From contig CP122380.1 of NCBI GenBank assembly GCA_024650005.2, positions 1,440,001 to 1,504,000 of the forward strand: DNA of 64,000 nt, given 5' to 3'. Source of the stretch: Candidatus Bathyarchaeum tardum. GTDB taxonomy: Archaea > Thermoproteota > Bathyarchaeia > Bathyarchaeales > Bathyarchaeaceae. The translations under genes were made by a program, and so were the position numbers. This document shows positions 28,731 to 38,573 of the stretch, piece by piece. The notes beneath the pieces are model-generated. The model saw only the letters and a list, made by a program, of their open reading frames with translations. It made no database searches and had not been told where the DNA came from. How positions within the stretch are numbered: the first letter of the stretch is position 1; each line of letters starts with the position of its first letter.

Positions 28731-28806
28731 TGGAGCCTCGGGCGGGATTTGAACCCGCGACCTCTGCCTTACCAAGGCAATGCCCAACCAGCTAGGCCAC
28801 CGAGGC
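28731..28806 (-). tRNA. tRNA-Thr(GGT), CCA encoded; integration target
   Basis: GCCTCGG acceptor, TTGCC-TTGGTAA-GGCAG anticodon arm, GGTTCAAATCC. Confidence 0.96.
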
Positions 28807-29019
28807 TTATGCCAACATTGTTGTTGGTTTCTGCAATTCGACATGCAGTTTGTTGTTTTTATGTTTTCTGCTTAAATCCAACCAAAACAGCAAAGAGAAT
28901 AGATTGTTTCCAGAAGTGTTTTGTTTGTTTATTGAAAATTGTGTTTGCCATAGGGGGATTAAGGTATAATTGGAAAATTTTGGAGAATTAGCAGTTTGAG
29001 TTTTTGTAAGTTAATTAAA

Positions 29020-29772
29020 TTATTCTTTTTTTTGGTTTATTATGTGGAAACGGATTCCTACTAACAGGAAAACGGCTAGGTATAACACTAAACCTGTGAT
29101 GTTCAAAAATGGTCCAAAGATGTTTTCTCCTCCTAGTCCACCTTTTACTAATTCGATAGTGTGTGTAAGGGGGGAGAAGCCTGACAGGAACTGACCCCAA
29201 CTTGGTAGTTCTGAAATGGGGATGAACACTCCGCTTATGAATAGTAACGGGATTCGAACAAAATTCATTGGCATCATGACTTGTCCAGGATTTTGTCCAG
29301 GTATAGAAGCGAACATGAGACCCATTGCTGCGAAGCAAAATGCTGATAGAATCATTCCTGCGATTAAAGCTATAATGTTTGTAATTGTTGATTGGAAAAA
29401 CACTACCCCTGCTATTATGGGAATTGAAGAAACTGTTAGGCCGTAAAGGAATCCTGAAATTGTTTTTCCCAGTAGAACTGTTTTGAGAGATATTGGTGCA
29501 GATAAGTAACGGTCAAAGGTGCGCAGTCTTCGTTCAAGAGGTATTGTTATTGGTCCAATTGATGAAGAAGCGAAAAACAGTGTCTGAGCTACTAGAATGG
29601 GAATGGCTTGGGCAATTGATACGTTTCGGCCAACAATGTAAGACAAGAACATTGAAAGTGGAAACAGTATTCCAAATATCAAAGAACCCGGTCTGAGATA
29701 ATAGATTCGTATGTCTTTTTCTCCAATTGCCCATGCAATTCTTAACACTTTTGTGACGTATTTGATCTTCAT
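29020..29772 (-). CDS. ABC-2 type permease
   Basis: 6 TM; ERRLRTFDRYLSAP, FISGVFIP, SPLT. Confidence 0.9.
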   Translation of the reverse strand: MKIKYVTKVLRIAWAIGEKDIRIYYLRPGSLIFGILFPLSMFLSYIVGRNVSIAQAIPILVAQTLFFASSSIGPITIPLERRLRTFDRYLSAPISLKTVLLGKTISGFLYGLTVSSIPIIAGVVFFQSTITNIIALIAGMILSAFCFAAMGLMFASIPGQNPGQVMMPMNFVRIPLLFISGVFIPISELPSWGQFLSGFSPLTHTIELVKGGLGGENIFGPFLNITGLVLYLAVFLLVGIRFHIINQKKE

Positions 29773-30737
29773 TCTTGTTTGCTTCCACAGGTGTTCTGGT
29801 CAACTTCATGGGATATTCCAGTAATTTCCACAAACACATCTTCAAGACTAGGACCCAACGTGTTTATGGTATTAATTGTCAAATTGTTACTTATTGCATA
29901 GTTCCACAATTCAGACAATAGCTTTGGCACGTTCTCCGTGCTTAACCGATATTTGTCACCATGTTTCATGACCTCTTTTGTGTGTGAAATTTTTTCTAGG
30001 TCTTCAATTATGCCGTTTTTGTTTTTACCAAATGAAAGTTCTACAACCTGTAATTTTTTTATTGTAGATTTTAGCAGTTCTGGAGTATCTACAGCTACTA
30101 TTCGTCCTTTGTTAATTATTGCAATCCTGTCACACATTTGGTTTGCTTCTTCCATGTTATGAGTTGTAACAAAAACTGTTAATCCTTCAGCATTCAATTT
30201 TTTAACCAAATTTCTGATTATCAATGAACTCTGAACATCTAATCCCGTTGTGGGTTCATCAAGAAACAAAACTGATGATTTATTTATCAAGGCCATAGCT
30301 ATACAAAGCCGCCTTTTCATCCCCTTCGAAAAGTTATCAACTGTTTCTTTTCGTCTATCGTATAACCCAAACAAACGTAACAATTCTGTGGCTCTTTGTT
30401 CCCGTTCGCCTTTTGGAACATCATACAATCGACCAGTGAAATTCAGATTATCCCAAGCAGACAAATCAGAATAAACGTTAGACACGTCTGGAACTATGCC
30501 CATAAGTTCTTTGGCTCGCACAGATTGTTTGAGTATGTCGTATCCTAAAATTTCGGCAGTTCCCTGTGTTGGTCGAGATATGCCAATTAACATACGAGTC
30601 GTAGTTGTTTTTCCTGCACCGTTAGGACCCAAAAAACCAAAAATTTCACCCTGTTTAACTTCAAAATTTATGTGATCAACAGCCACAAGTTTTTCATAAC
30701 ACTTCGTTAGGTCAAAAGTCTTGATTGCGATGTCCAA
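29769..30737 (-). CDS. ABC transporter ATPase (DrrA/NodI-like)
   Basis: GPNGAGKTT, FSKGMKRR, LFLDEPT, PSLEDVF. Confidence 0.93.
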   Translation of the reverse strand: MDIAIKTFDLTKCYEKLVAVDHINFEVKQGEIFGFLGPNGAGKTTTTRMLIGISRPTQGTAEILGYDILKQSVRAKELMGIVPDVSNVYSDLSAWDNLNFTGRLYDVPKGEREQRATELLRLFGLYDRRKETVDNFSKGMKRRLCIAMALINKSSVLFLDEPTTGLDVQSSLIIRNLVKKLNAEGLTVFVTTHNMEEANQMCDRIAIINKGRIVAVDTPELLKSTIKKLQVVELSFGKNKNGIIEDLEKISHTKEVMKHGDKYRLSTENVPKLLSELWNYAISNNLTINTINTLGPSLEDVFVEITGISHEVDQNTCGSKQE

Positions 30738-30920
30738 AATTCTTCACTCGTTAATTGTGTTTAGTGCTACAACATTAAGGTAACCGATAAGAAATAAACT
30801 GTTTTTCACTGCACTAATGTTTCAGGTTTATATTTTCGACAATTTGTTGTAACACAAACAATTGAAAACTTTGATAACAACATATAAGCAGAAATGATCA
30901 ATATTTACTGTAGAGAAAAC

Positions 30921-31103
30921 ATGTGTGAACTCAAAGTTGTTGTAAACGGAAAAAAAGTATTTGAAAACGCAATTTACGCAAAAGCAAACGATAACAACGT
31001 GGTAGTCAAGGACATAATGGGAAAATCAATGGATTTCAAAAATCACACAATCACCGAAGTTAACATCGCCAAAGAACAGCTGACGTTATCCCCCCTGAAA
31101 TAA
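30921..31103 (+). CDS. cooT: CooT-family nickel-binding protein
   Basis: MCE start and short beta-rich body ending ITEVNIAKEQLTL. Confidence 0.7.
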   Translation: MCELKVVVNGKKVFENAIYAKANDNNVVVKDIMGKSMDFKNHTITEVNIAKEQLTLSPLK

Positions 31104-31345
31104 AGCAAAACATAAAAAATGCATGCATTCAACCTTTTGCATCACGATAGGTCACTGCATAAATCTTGATTTGCAATAGTTTAAAATGGTGTTCGTTTTT
31201 TCGTAATTTTATTATATTTTTAGACAAATTTTATTTGTCTTAATCAGGGGACAAAGTTGATATTGATGTTGTAGTATATTGACGCAATAAACTTGGCAAA
31301 TTAACCACTTAATAAATTTGCATCAAGTTATTATTTAATAAAAAC

Positions 31346-31433
31346 GCGGGGGTCGCCGAGCCAGGTCAAAGGCGCAGGGCTTAGGACCCTGTCTCGTAGG
31401 AGTTCGAGGGTTCGAATCCCTCTCCCCGCACCA
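31346..31433 (+). tRNA. tRNA-Leu(TAG), CCA encoded
   Basis: CAGGG-CTTAGGA-CCCTG anticodon arm, long variable arm. Confidence 0.97.
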
Positions 31434-31558
31434 TTTTATGTGCAAAATTGATATTTTTGAAAATTAAACAGAAAAGTAACAATGTTACTGAACCAAAAAA
31501 TAAATTAGAGCATTTAACACTAAGAGTACTATAGTAAAATTTTGAAATTTTCAAGTTC

Positions 31559-31840
31559 GTGATTTCGATGTCATTTAATGAAAATAGCATTGATTTGCGT
31601 CTTCATATGACAGTTAAGTCCTTAGCTGTTTTTCAGGATGAAATAAACTGTAAAATTGATGAGTTACTTAAAACTGTGAAGGCGCTTCAAGAAAAAGAGC
31701 AAGACGGAGAAAAATCCGATTATTTGCTTGAAAACATTTCTGAACTTTTAGATGATTTGCAAGTTTTGTTTTCTCAGAAAAATAATCTGTTCAACCAGAT
31801 TGAAAAATTAAAGAAGAATGAAATTGACTTGATGAAATGA
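31559..31840 (+). CDS. Small coiled-coil hypothetical protein
   Basis: Helical, charged ORF inside the tRNA-Leu micro-islet. Confidence 0.5.
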   Translation: MISMSFNENSIDLRLHMTVKSLAVFQDEINCKIDELLKTVKALQEKEQDGEKSDYLLENISELLDDLQVLFSQKNNLFNQIEKLKKNEIDLMK

Positions 31841-31946
31841 CCAAATTGTAGGTTTAGGTCAATTTTTAAATTATTTTATGGGTTTCGGTTAGACTTGTAA
31901 AAAAACACATTTAAATTGTTAGATTCTACTGGTAAATTAAGGATTA

Positions 31947-31968
31947 AATCCCTGTCCCCGCACCATTT
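31947..31968 (+). repeat. Duplicated tRNA-Leu 3' end (att remnant)
   Basis: AATCCCTGTCCCCGCACCATTT vs AATCCCTCTCCCCGCACCATTT at 31415..31436 (21/22). Confidence 0.8.
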
Positions 31969-31984
31969 GTTAAACAAAAAATAT

Positions 31985-32854
31985 TCATTTATCTGCAGCT
32001 TTTCTTTGTTCAGATAACTCGTTGATTATTTGTTGTTTTGATATTTTTGCATATTTTTTGTCCATTTCAAACCCTATGAAGTCAACGCCTAACCTTAGAC
32101 AGGCAATTGCTGTGTTGCCGATTCCTATGAAGGGATCTAAAACTAGTTTGGTTTTTTCCAGTCCATGAAGTTTGATGCACATCATGGGCAGTTTAGGCGG
32201 AAAACTAGATGGGTGAGGTCGTTGTTTTTTTCGGGACCAAATTGTTTCATAAGGTATAAACCAAGTGTCACCGCGGTCTCGGAGGTCTGTTGTTGCATTT
32301 TTCCATCGCCCGATATTTGTTTTATCTTGGTAGGGAACTCCAACTGATAGTTTATCTACTTCCACGTTTCCGTTTTTGGTAAATTGAAAAATGTATTCGT
32401 GGCACCTGTTCACGAAACGGGTACTATTAACTGGCTTGAAATGTCCTACTGCAATGTCACCAAGTATGTTTGGGTAGTTTCCTGTATCATCTTTAGGCAA
32501 CGCAATGGATTTTATCCAATGAATAACGTTCTGCAATACAAAGTGTTTACGAAACCTGAAGGCTACTTCCCATGCCACCCAAGGATCCTTAGATTTATAA
32601 CCAATATTCAAAAAAAAGGATCCTGAATCACTTAGAACCCGTTTGCACTCTTTTGCAAAGGATTCCATCCAAGTTAGATACTCTTCCCGAGAACAAGAAT
32701 CATCATAAGAATTGTATCTAATGCCCAAATTGTACGGTGGAGAAGTTACAATAACATCTACTTCACCATCTTCAACAAACCGTTGCATTCCTTCCAGACA
32801 ATCCAAAAGGTACACCTGATTCTTTTCGCAACGCACCAAAGCCACGCCAACCAT
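31985..32854 (-). CDS. Orphan beta-class N4-C/N6-A DNA methyltransferase
   Basis: TSPPY precedes HPSSFP and LDPFIGIG; no adjacent endonuclease. Confidence 0.92.
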   Translation of the reverse strand: MVGVALVRCEKNQVYLLDCLEGMQRFVEDGEVDVIVTSPPYNLGIRYNSYDDSCSREEYLTWMESFAKECKRVLSDSGSFFLNIGYKSKDPWVAWEVAFRFRKHFVLQNVIHWIKSIALPKDDTGNYPNILGDIAVGHFKPVNSTRFVNRCHEYIFQFTKNGNVEVDKLSVGVPYQDKTNIGRWKNATTDLRDRGDTWFIPYETIWSRKKQRPHPSSFPPKLPMMCIKLHGLEKTKLVLDPFIGIGNTAIACLRLGVDFIGFEMDKKYAKISKQQIINELSEQRKAADK

Positions 32855-32954
32855 CTAAACAACTAGAAAAACACGACAGACACTAATAACAATTAATCAT
32901 TGAAGGAATGTTTTTCTAAAGAGCAAAAGTTCACATGTTCATTCAGATTATAAG

Positions 32955-33032
32955 TGGTGCTCCGGCCGGGATTCGAACCCGGGTCGGCGGCTCGAGAGGC
33001 CGTCATACTTAACCGGACTATACTACCGGAGC
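32955..33032 (-). tRNA. tRNA-Glu(CTC), CCA encoded
   Basis: GCTCCGG acceptor, CGGC-CTCTCGA-GCCG anticodon arm. Confidence 0.96.
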
Positions 33033-33188
33033 CCTGAACTATACTATTTTTTTACTTGCGTTTTCTACAGATAGTAACTTCATGTTTGTTGCTGTAACGC
33101 ACATATTCAAAGACAGCTTCTATAAGTTTGTTTTCCTCAGCTTCAGATAATATTGTCTAAATGAATAAAAAGGGCACAATTATTCTTT

Positions 33189-34316
33189 CTATGATTGGAG
33201 TTCAGTTCCATTCCAAAAAATCAGTTTCTCGTAAGGAAGGGTATTATTTGATTCCAGTGCATCTTCATAAATTATGTCCAAGGTTGTATTGTATTCTTCA
33301 AGTAAACCTCCGAGGGTTGCAGATAGTTGATAAGAAAAATCATCAGCTTCCCAAAGTCCCCAAATTTTGTCTTTGGGTCCTCTGAATCCGTATGCATAAT
33401 CTTTGGGAAGAACAAAGGCAACTCGTTTATTTTGTGTTTCTAGGGTTCGAGGGTTTTCTTGGGTATATTGCTAAAATTGTTTAATTGCTTGGATATGTTC
33501 GTCTTGTAAAATTCCTGCAGTGTAGGGTTCGTTTGAATCAAATATTGTGATGTATTTTGCTCCATTGTTGTAGGCTAAAATTAAGTCGTTATAAAGTTCT
33601 TCTCCGGATTCAATATGAGGGGTGTTAAGATAAGTCCAAGTAACTATGACACCCCAACTTTTGTCTTGAACAGTAGCGGCTCCTCTGCAAAGGGCGATAT
33701 TTAATTGTCTGCTTAGATTCCAGCCAAATTGAGCAAGCAAAACATCATACCCTGCTTCATAGTCGAACCAATAAAGAGCATAATCTGAGGTAAACAAAGA
33801 AGGACGAAAAGATTCAGTGAACCCACTGGTAAACCGATCTAATCTGTTAGTTATTCCTTGAACAAATTTGTCACTTGCATCAGTGATGTTTTCCGCCTCA
33901 GAAACCACAAATCGTACTTGGTCTAATTGGCGTCCTCCTGCTTCATCATAAGCATAATAACCTAAGAACAGATCACCCCACCGGTTTTTTGCAGTTTCAA
34001 TCCATCTTGTTTGAGGGGAATGTTCAGAATAAATAATAAAATACATTCCATGATCGTAAATATATTGACACGTTTCATCAAGTTTATTTTGATCATATGT
34101 TATGCCCGTGCAGCCAATAATAAACATGTTCGTGTGTGATTTTAGTTCAGTAATGAGTTCTTTGATTGCTGGAAGGTCATCGTAAGCTGCATCTATGCCT
34201 ACGTAAACATCTGGTGTTTCGGCTGTAAATGGACGTGTTACTAAGAAAGTTTGTTGCAAAGAGACGCCAACAAGCAATAAACAAGCAATTAAGGGAAAAA
34301 GGTGTTGATATTTCAT
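33189..34316 (-). pseudogene. Secreted hypothetical protein interrupted by an in-frame TAG
   Basis: After TAG at 33471-33473 the frame stays open ~93 codons (QYTQENP...VLPKDYAYGFRGPKDKIWGLW...LIFWNGT) to the stop at 33189. Confidence 0.75.
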
Positions 34317-34578
34317 GTACGTTTAAAGCAATACGTATAGTGCAACATAAATTTTTTTCAAAATTAAAGAAATATTAACTGTAAATTTTTGTTGGATAAA
34401 CTAAAGTTAGTATTGTGTTGTTTTTTTGCTTTTACGGTTTCGAAACACTTAAAATAAATATTGAGTTTATTCAAGCATCAAGTTCAATTAATATTTGGGT
34501 TGTGTTGTTCGGTATCTTTGGTCTGCACAGAACGTTAACGAATTATTGAACTTGAGTTTGTTGTAAAGGAAAAAGAAG

Positions 34579-35496
34579 ATGAGAGAGAATATGAGTTCAG
34601 GTTGCGCTGAAAAATGTAACGAGTGTGGCGCGTCATTGCTTGTTCGTGATCCAGAAACAGGTGAAGTTGTTTGTGCAACATGCGGAGTGGTAGTATCCAC
34701 ACAAGTAACAGACTTAGGACCAGAATGGCGAGCTTACACGCCCCAAGAAACCAAAGATAAAAGACGAGTCGGAGCGCCCCAAACTTTATCACTTCATGAT
34801 AAAGGACTTAGCACAAACATTGACTGGCGTGACATAAGCGGTTTTGCCCCAGAAAAAAGAGCCCAACTGCAACGTATTCGACAATGGCAACAAAGAAGCC
34901 GTGTTTCCAGCTCTTCAGAAAGAAACCTTACCATTGCATTGTCAGAAATCAACAGAATATCAGACAAACTGGGTCTGCCAAAGAACATCGTGGAAACTTC
35001 TTCAGTTGTTTACAGAAAAGCAGTCAACGAAAAACTAATTCGGGGACGATCAATCCGGGGAATGGCCATAGCATCAACATATTTGGCGTGCAGACAAAAC
35101 AAACTTATCCGAACCATTTCAACAATGTCGGAAGTCACAGGAATACCCACAAAAGAAATTGCAGCTAACTACAGATATTTAGTAAGGCAACTGAAAATTT
35201 TTGTGCCCATAGTAATGCCAAACCAGCACATCACCAAGTTATCTAACAATCTGGAACTAGACGGAATAACAGAAGGCATAGCTCATCAAATTCATTTAGG
35301 AGCAAAAAAACAAAAACTAACTGCAGGAAGAGGCGCAAAAAGTATCGCAGCAGCAGCCTGCTACATAGCTGCCAGAATAGTTGGAAATTACAGGACCCAA
35401 AGGGAAGTTGCAGACGCCGCTGAATTAACAGAGGTCACTATCAGAAACAGGTACAAAGAAATGATGAACCAACTAACAATAGTCGTTAACCTCTAA
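34579..35496 (+). CDS. tfb: Transcription initiation factor IIB (divergent paralog)
   Basis: CNEC...CATCG Zn ribbon, GPEWRAY, LHDKGLST, ERNL, RGRS, TEVTIRNRYKE. Confidence 0.95.
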   Translation: MRENMSSGCAEKCNECGASLLVRDPETGEVVCATCGVVVSTQVTDLGPEWRAYTPQETKDKRRVGAPQTLSLHDKGLSTNIDWRDISGFAPEKRAQLQRIRQWQQRSRVSSSSERNLTIALSEINRISDKLGLPKNIVETSSVVYRKAVNEKLIRGRSIRGMAIASTYLACRQNKLIRTISTMSEVTGIPTKEIAANYRYLVRQLKIFVPIVMPNQHITKLSNNLELDGITEGIAHQIHLGAKKQKLTAGRGAKSIAAAACYIAARIVGNYRTQREVADAAELTEVTIRNRYKEMMNQLTIVVNL

Positions 35497-35786
35497 TCGT
35501 TTACCTAATTTTGAAAATTTGGTCCTTTTAGTTGAACCATTTTTGTGCACAAACAAAAAATAAATACAAAATGTTGTTCAACACAAAAATGAAAAACAAG
35601 CAAAGCTAAAGGCTAAAGGGTTTATTAATGGGGAAGAGAATTCTAGAATAGGTTTACACAGCAGTTCCGTTAACATTTGATTTTGTTTTTGTGACTGTGT
35701 ATAGATTGTAAGAATTATCTTACTGGTCTGTTTCGTGTTCTCCAGACAGCAAAATAATGGTTTACTAGAAAATTGGAGGTGAAAAT

Positions 35787-35975
35787 ATGCCATCACACGG
35801 TTCGTTATCTAAAGCAGGGAAAGTAAGATCGATAACCCCAAAAATCGAAGGGCGAGAAGTACATTCAAAGGGTCCAAGGGTCACTAATAGTAATATTTTT
35901 CATAAACGAGTGGAACTTGACCGCGGCGTAGGTCAATACAAACCAGGTCAACGAAAACGCAGACGACGCAGATAA
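35787..35975 (+). CDS. rps30e: 30S ribosomal protein S30e
   Basis: [19 protein letters not shown]; GGAGGTGA RBS. Confidence 0.95.
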   Translation: MPSHGSLSKAGKVRSITPKIEGREVHSKGPRVTNSNIFHKRVELDRGVGQYKPGQRKRRRRR

Positions 35976-36080
35976 CTCAAATCACAACTAGTATTTTTGA
36001 AGCCTCATTTAATTTTTTGAATTTTTTGAGGTTCTAGGAATCCCTAGGTTCATAACTAAGGAAAATATCCAATGCAAACT

Positions 36081-36923
36081 TCAAATTTGTTTTTGTTTTT
36101 GGGTGCTCCAATGTTCAGCTAAAGCTTTCAAAGTTTCATTAAACAGATATTTTTTAGGCATCACGTCAACTCTTAAACCTAATTTTGTCAGCGAATCAGC
36201 AGTAAATGGACCGATGGCTACAATTGTTAAGTTATTGTTTAACAAGTTTTGCAACTGTTCTTGAGAAATAGTGTCGCTTAACATTTTAAACAAGTTTTTT
36301 GCACTAAGGGAACTGCCAAAAATTATTGCATTAACAGATCCAGCTTGCAAATCTTTAACAAATTTCTGCATTAAATCATGATTAATTGGAAGTAAAGACT
36401 CATACACATACAACTCATGAACAAGAGCCCCCAAGTTCCTGAGATTTTTAGCCAAATCGGGTGTGGCATCTTTAGTCCGTGGAATGTAGACAGTTTTGTT
36501 TTTTATTTCATAATGCTTTAGGCATTCAACTATTCCTTCTGAACTGTATTTTGTAGGAATTAAATTCACAGACACGTCGTAATAACTGAGTTCTTGGGCG
36601 GTTTTTGGACCTACAGCCAACACTACAACTTTTTTTATGCTCTCCAAAAGTTGTGTTTTCAGACCCAAACGGTCGACACAACTATTCAAGTAACGGATTC
36701 CATTCACGCTCATGAACAAAACGTAATCAATTTTGTTGGATTCTAATTCAGCAATAAAATGTTTCACAGATTCAACATCACAGGTTTCTTTTATCTCAAT
36801 AGAAGGAATAAAGTATGGAACTCCTCCGTAGCGGGTTATAAGTTTCCCTGTTTCTTCTGCTTGGTCCACGGGTCTAGTAATGGCAACGGTTCGCCCTTTC
36901 AGACTAAAGTTGTCTTGAACCAT
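36081..36923 (-). CDS. hemD: Uroporphyrinogen-III synthase
   Basis: VAITRP, FMSVNG, AVGPKTA, FGSSLS, AIGPFTA. Confidence 0.92.
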   Translation of the reverse strand: MVQDNFSLKGRTVAITRPVDQAEETGKLITRYGGVPYFIPSIEIKETCDVESVKHFIAELESNKIDYVLFMSVNGIRYLNSCVDRLGLKTQLLESIKKVVVLAVGPKTAQELSYYDVSVNLIPTKYSSEGIVECLKHYEIKNKTVYIPRTKDATPDLAKNLRNLGALVHELYVYESLLPINHDLMQKFVKDLQAGSVNAIIFGSSLSAKNLFKMLSDTISQEQLQNLLNNNLTIVAIGPFTADSLTKLGLRVDVMPKKYLFNETLKALAEHWSTQKQKQI

Positions 36924-37654
36924 GAGAGCTTACTTCCTAACCGTACAACTTCTCCAATAATAACAACAGCAGGAGGTTTCACACCCTTCTCCTGAGCTAG
37001 TTCTACAATAGTACCTAAAGTTCCAATCAAACATCGTTGGTTTTTTGTAGTACCCCATTCAACTATAGCCACAGGCAAATTTGGATTTAAACCGCCTGCT
37101 ATCAAAGAATTTGTAGTTGATTGTAACGAGGCAACACCCATCAAAACAACAATAGTATCTACAGAACCTGCAAGTTTTCGCCAATTAATGGTTTTTTGGG
37201 GGTCGACAGCCTGATGACCAGTAACAACAGCAAAAGAGGAAGCATAATCTCGATGAGTAATTGGAATTCCTGCATAAGCTGCAACAGCAACTGCTGAAGT
37301 AACACCTGGAATAACTTCAAACTCTAAGTTGCGGTCAGCAAGGGCTTCTGCTTCTTCTCCTCCTCGACCAAAAACGAAGGGGTCACCACCTTTAAGGCGA
37401 ACAACAATTTTGCCTTTCTGGGCTAAATCAACTAATAACTGATTGATTTCTTGTTGAGAAAGCTCATGTTTCTCTGGACTTTTTCCCACATAGATTTTTT
37501 GAACACTTTTTGGAGCAAAATCAAGAATCAATTCAGAAACTAAGCGGTCATAGACCACAATTTCAGCGTCGCGTAATGCCTCAACAGCCTTCAAAGTTAC
37601 AAGTTTGGGGTCACCAGGACCGGCGCCAACCAAAAACACCTTACCACGTGCCAT
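36899..37654 (-). CDS. cobA: Uroporphyrinogen-III C-methyltransferase
   Basis: VFLVGAGPGDP, YDRLV, RLKGGDPFVFGRGGEE. Confidence 0.95.
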   Translation of the reverse strand: MARGKVFLVGAGPGDPKLVTLKAVEALRDAEIVVYDRLVSELILDFAPKSVQKIYVGKSPEKHELSQQEINQLLVDLAQKGKIVVRLKGGDPFVFGRGGEEAEALADRNLEFEVIPGVTSAVAVAAYAGIPITHRDYASSFAVVTGHQAVDPQKTINWRKLAGSVDTIVVLMGVASLQSTTNSLIAGGLNPNLPVAIVEWGTTKNQRCLIGTLGTIVELAQEKGVKPPAVVIIGEVVRLGSKLSWFKTTLV

Positions 37655-38573
37655 ATTTTTCCCTCCATTCTGCTTCAAACTTCTTAGCGCCCTTGGCTAT
37701 GAGATCTTGGGCAACTTTTTTGCCTAAATCCTGAGCGTCTGCAAGGCTGCCTTTTGCTGAAGAAAAAATCTTTTTTTGACCATCCAAAGAAAATACACAA
37801 GCAGAAAATAATAACTGGTCACCATTTGCACGTCCAATTGTTCCAATTGGGACTCTGCAACCGCCTTCAAGGGCAAGCACTAAGTTTCGTTCAGCAGTTA
37901 TTTCGGCATGAGATGGAACATGATCTACTGATTCAAGAACTCTAATCACAGATTCGTTATCCTGTTTTACAGCCAATGCTAAGGCGCCTTGTCCAGCAGA
38001 AGGAGAAAACTGATCCAACGAGAAACGCTCAGTAATTTTGTTTTCTAAACCTAGCCTGTTAAGCCCAGCTTCAGCAACAACAATCGCATCAAAGTCACCA
38101 TTATTCACTTTTTTTATTCTCGTGTCAACGTTGCCACGTATCGGTTTAATCTGCAAATCAGGTCGAAGATACTTAACCTGAGCCATTCGTCGTAAACTGC
38201 TGGTTCCAATTACTGCACCTTCGGGCAATTCGGCAAACGAAAGTTTATTCTTTGAAATTAGCACGTCATGAGGTGAATTGCGTTCAGGTATCGCAACAAT
38301 CATTGTTTGAGAGTGTTCTAGAATGGGAACATCTTTAAGGCTGTGAACAGCGAAGTCGACTTCTCCTTTTTCGATTGCTTGGTCGATTTCTTTTTCAAAT
38401 ATGCCTTTTCGGTCAAGGGAAAAAAGTGACTGGGACTGGTCTTTGTCCCCTAAGGTTTTGATTATTTTTACGTCAAATTGGACGTGAGGATTAAGGGAAT
38501 GAAGACGTTTCAAAACAGTGTTTGTTTGCATCAACGAGAGTTTACTTCCACGGGTACCAACAGTCAAAATCAA
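37641..38573 (-). CDS. hemC: Hydroxymethylbilane synthase
   Basis: GTRGSKL, AVHSLKDVP, GTSSLRR, RGNVDTR, LEGGC. Confidence 0.96.
   Translation of the reverse strand: MILTVGTRGSKLSLMQTNTVLKRLHSLNPHVQFDVKIIKTLGDKDQSQSLFSLDRKGIFEKEIDQAIEKGEVDFAVHSLKDVPILEHSQTMIVAIPERNSPHDVLISKNKLSFAELPEGAVIGTSSLRRMAQVKYLRPDLQIKPIRGNVDTRIKKVNNGDFDAIVVAEAGLNRLGLENKITERFSLDQFSPSAGQGALALAVKQDNESVIRVLESVDHVPSHAEITAERNLVLALEGGCRVPIGTIGRANGDQLLFSACVFSLDGQKKIFSSAKGSLADAQDLGKKVAQDLIAKGAKKFEAEWREKYGTW

Larger units (their letters stand above)
24657..28758 (-). mobile_element. Integrated ~4.07-kb rolling-circle plasmid/virus-like element in tRNA-Thr(GGT)
   Basis: Perfect 30-bp direct repeats at both ends, tyrosine integrase, HUH Rep. 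Confidence 0.93.

Noticed and set aside
24657-28758. Calling the integrated element a provirus
   Set aside because: No recognisable capsid, spike or packaging ATPase; plasmid- or satellite-like is all the sequence supports.
28728-28991. ORFs overlapping tRNAs (also 16679..17041 and 31381..31590)
   Set aside because: Their text (e.g. RDLNPRPLPYQG, GEGFEPS) is translated tRNA sequence.
31985-32854. Complete restriction-modification system
   Set aside because: No endonuclease-like ORF adjacent; only an orphan methyltransferase is supported.
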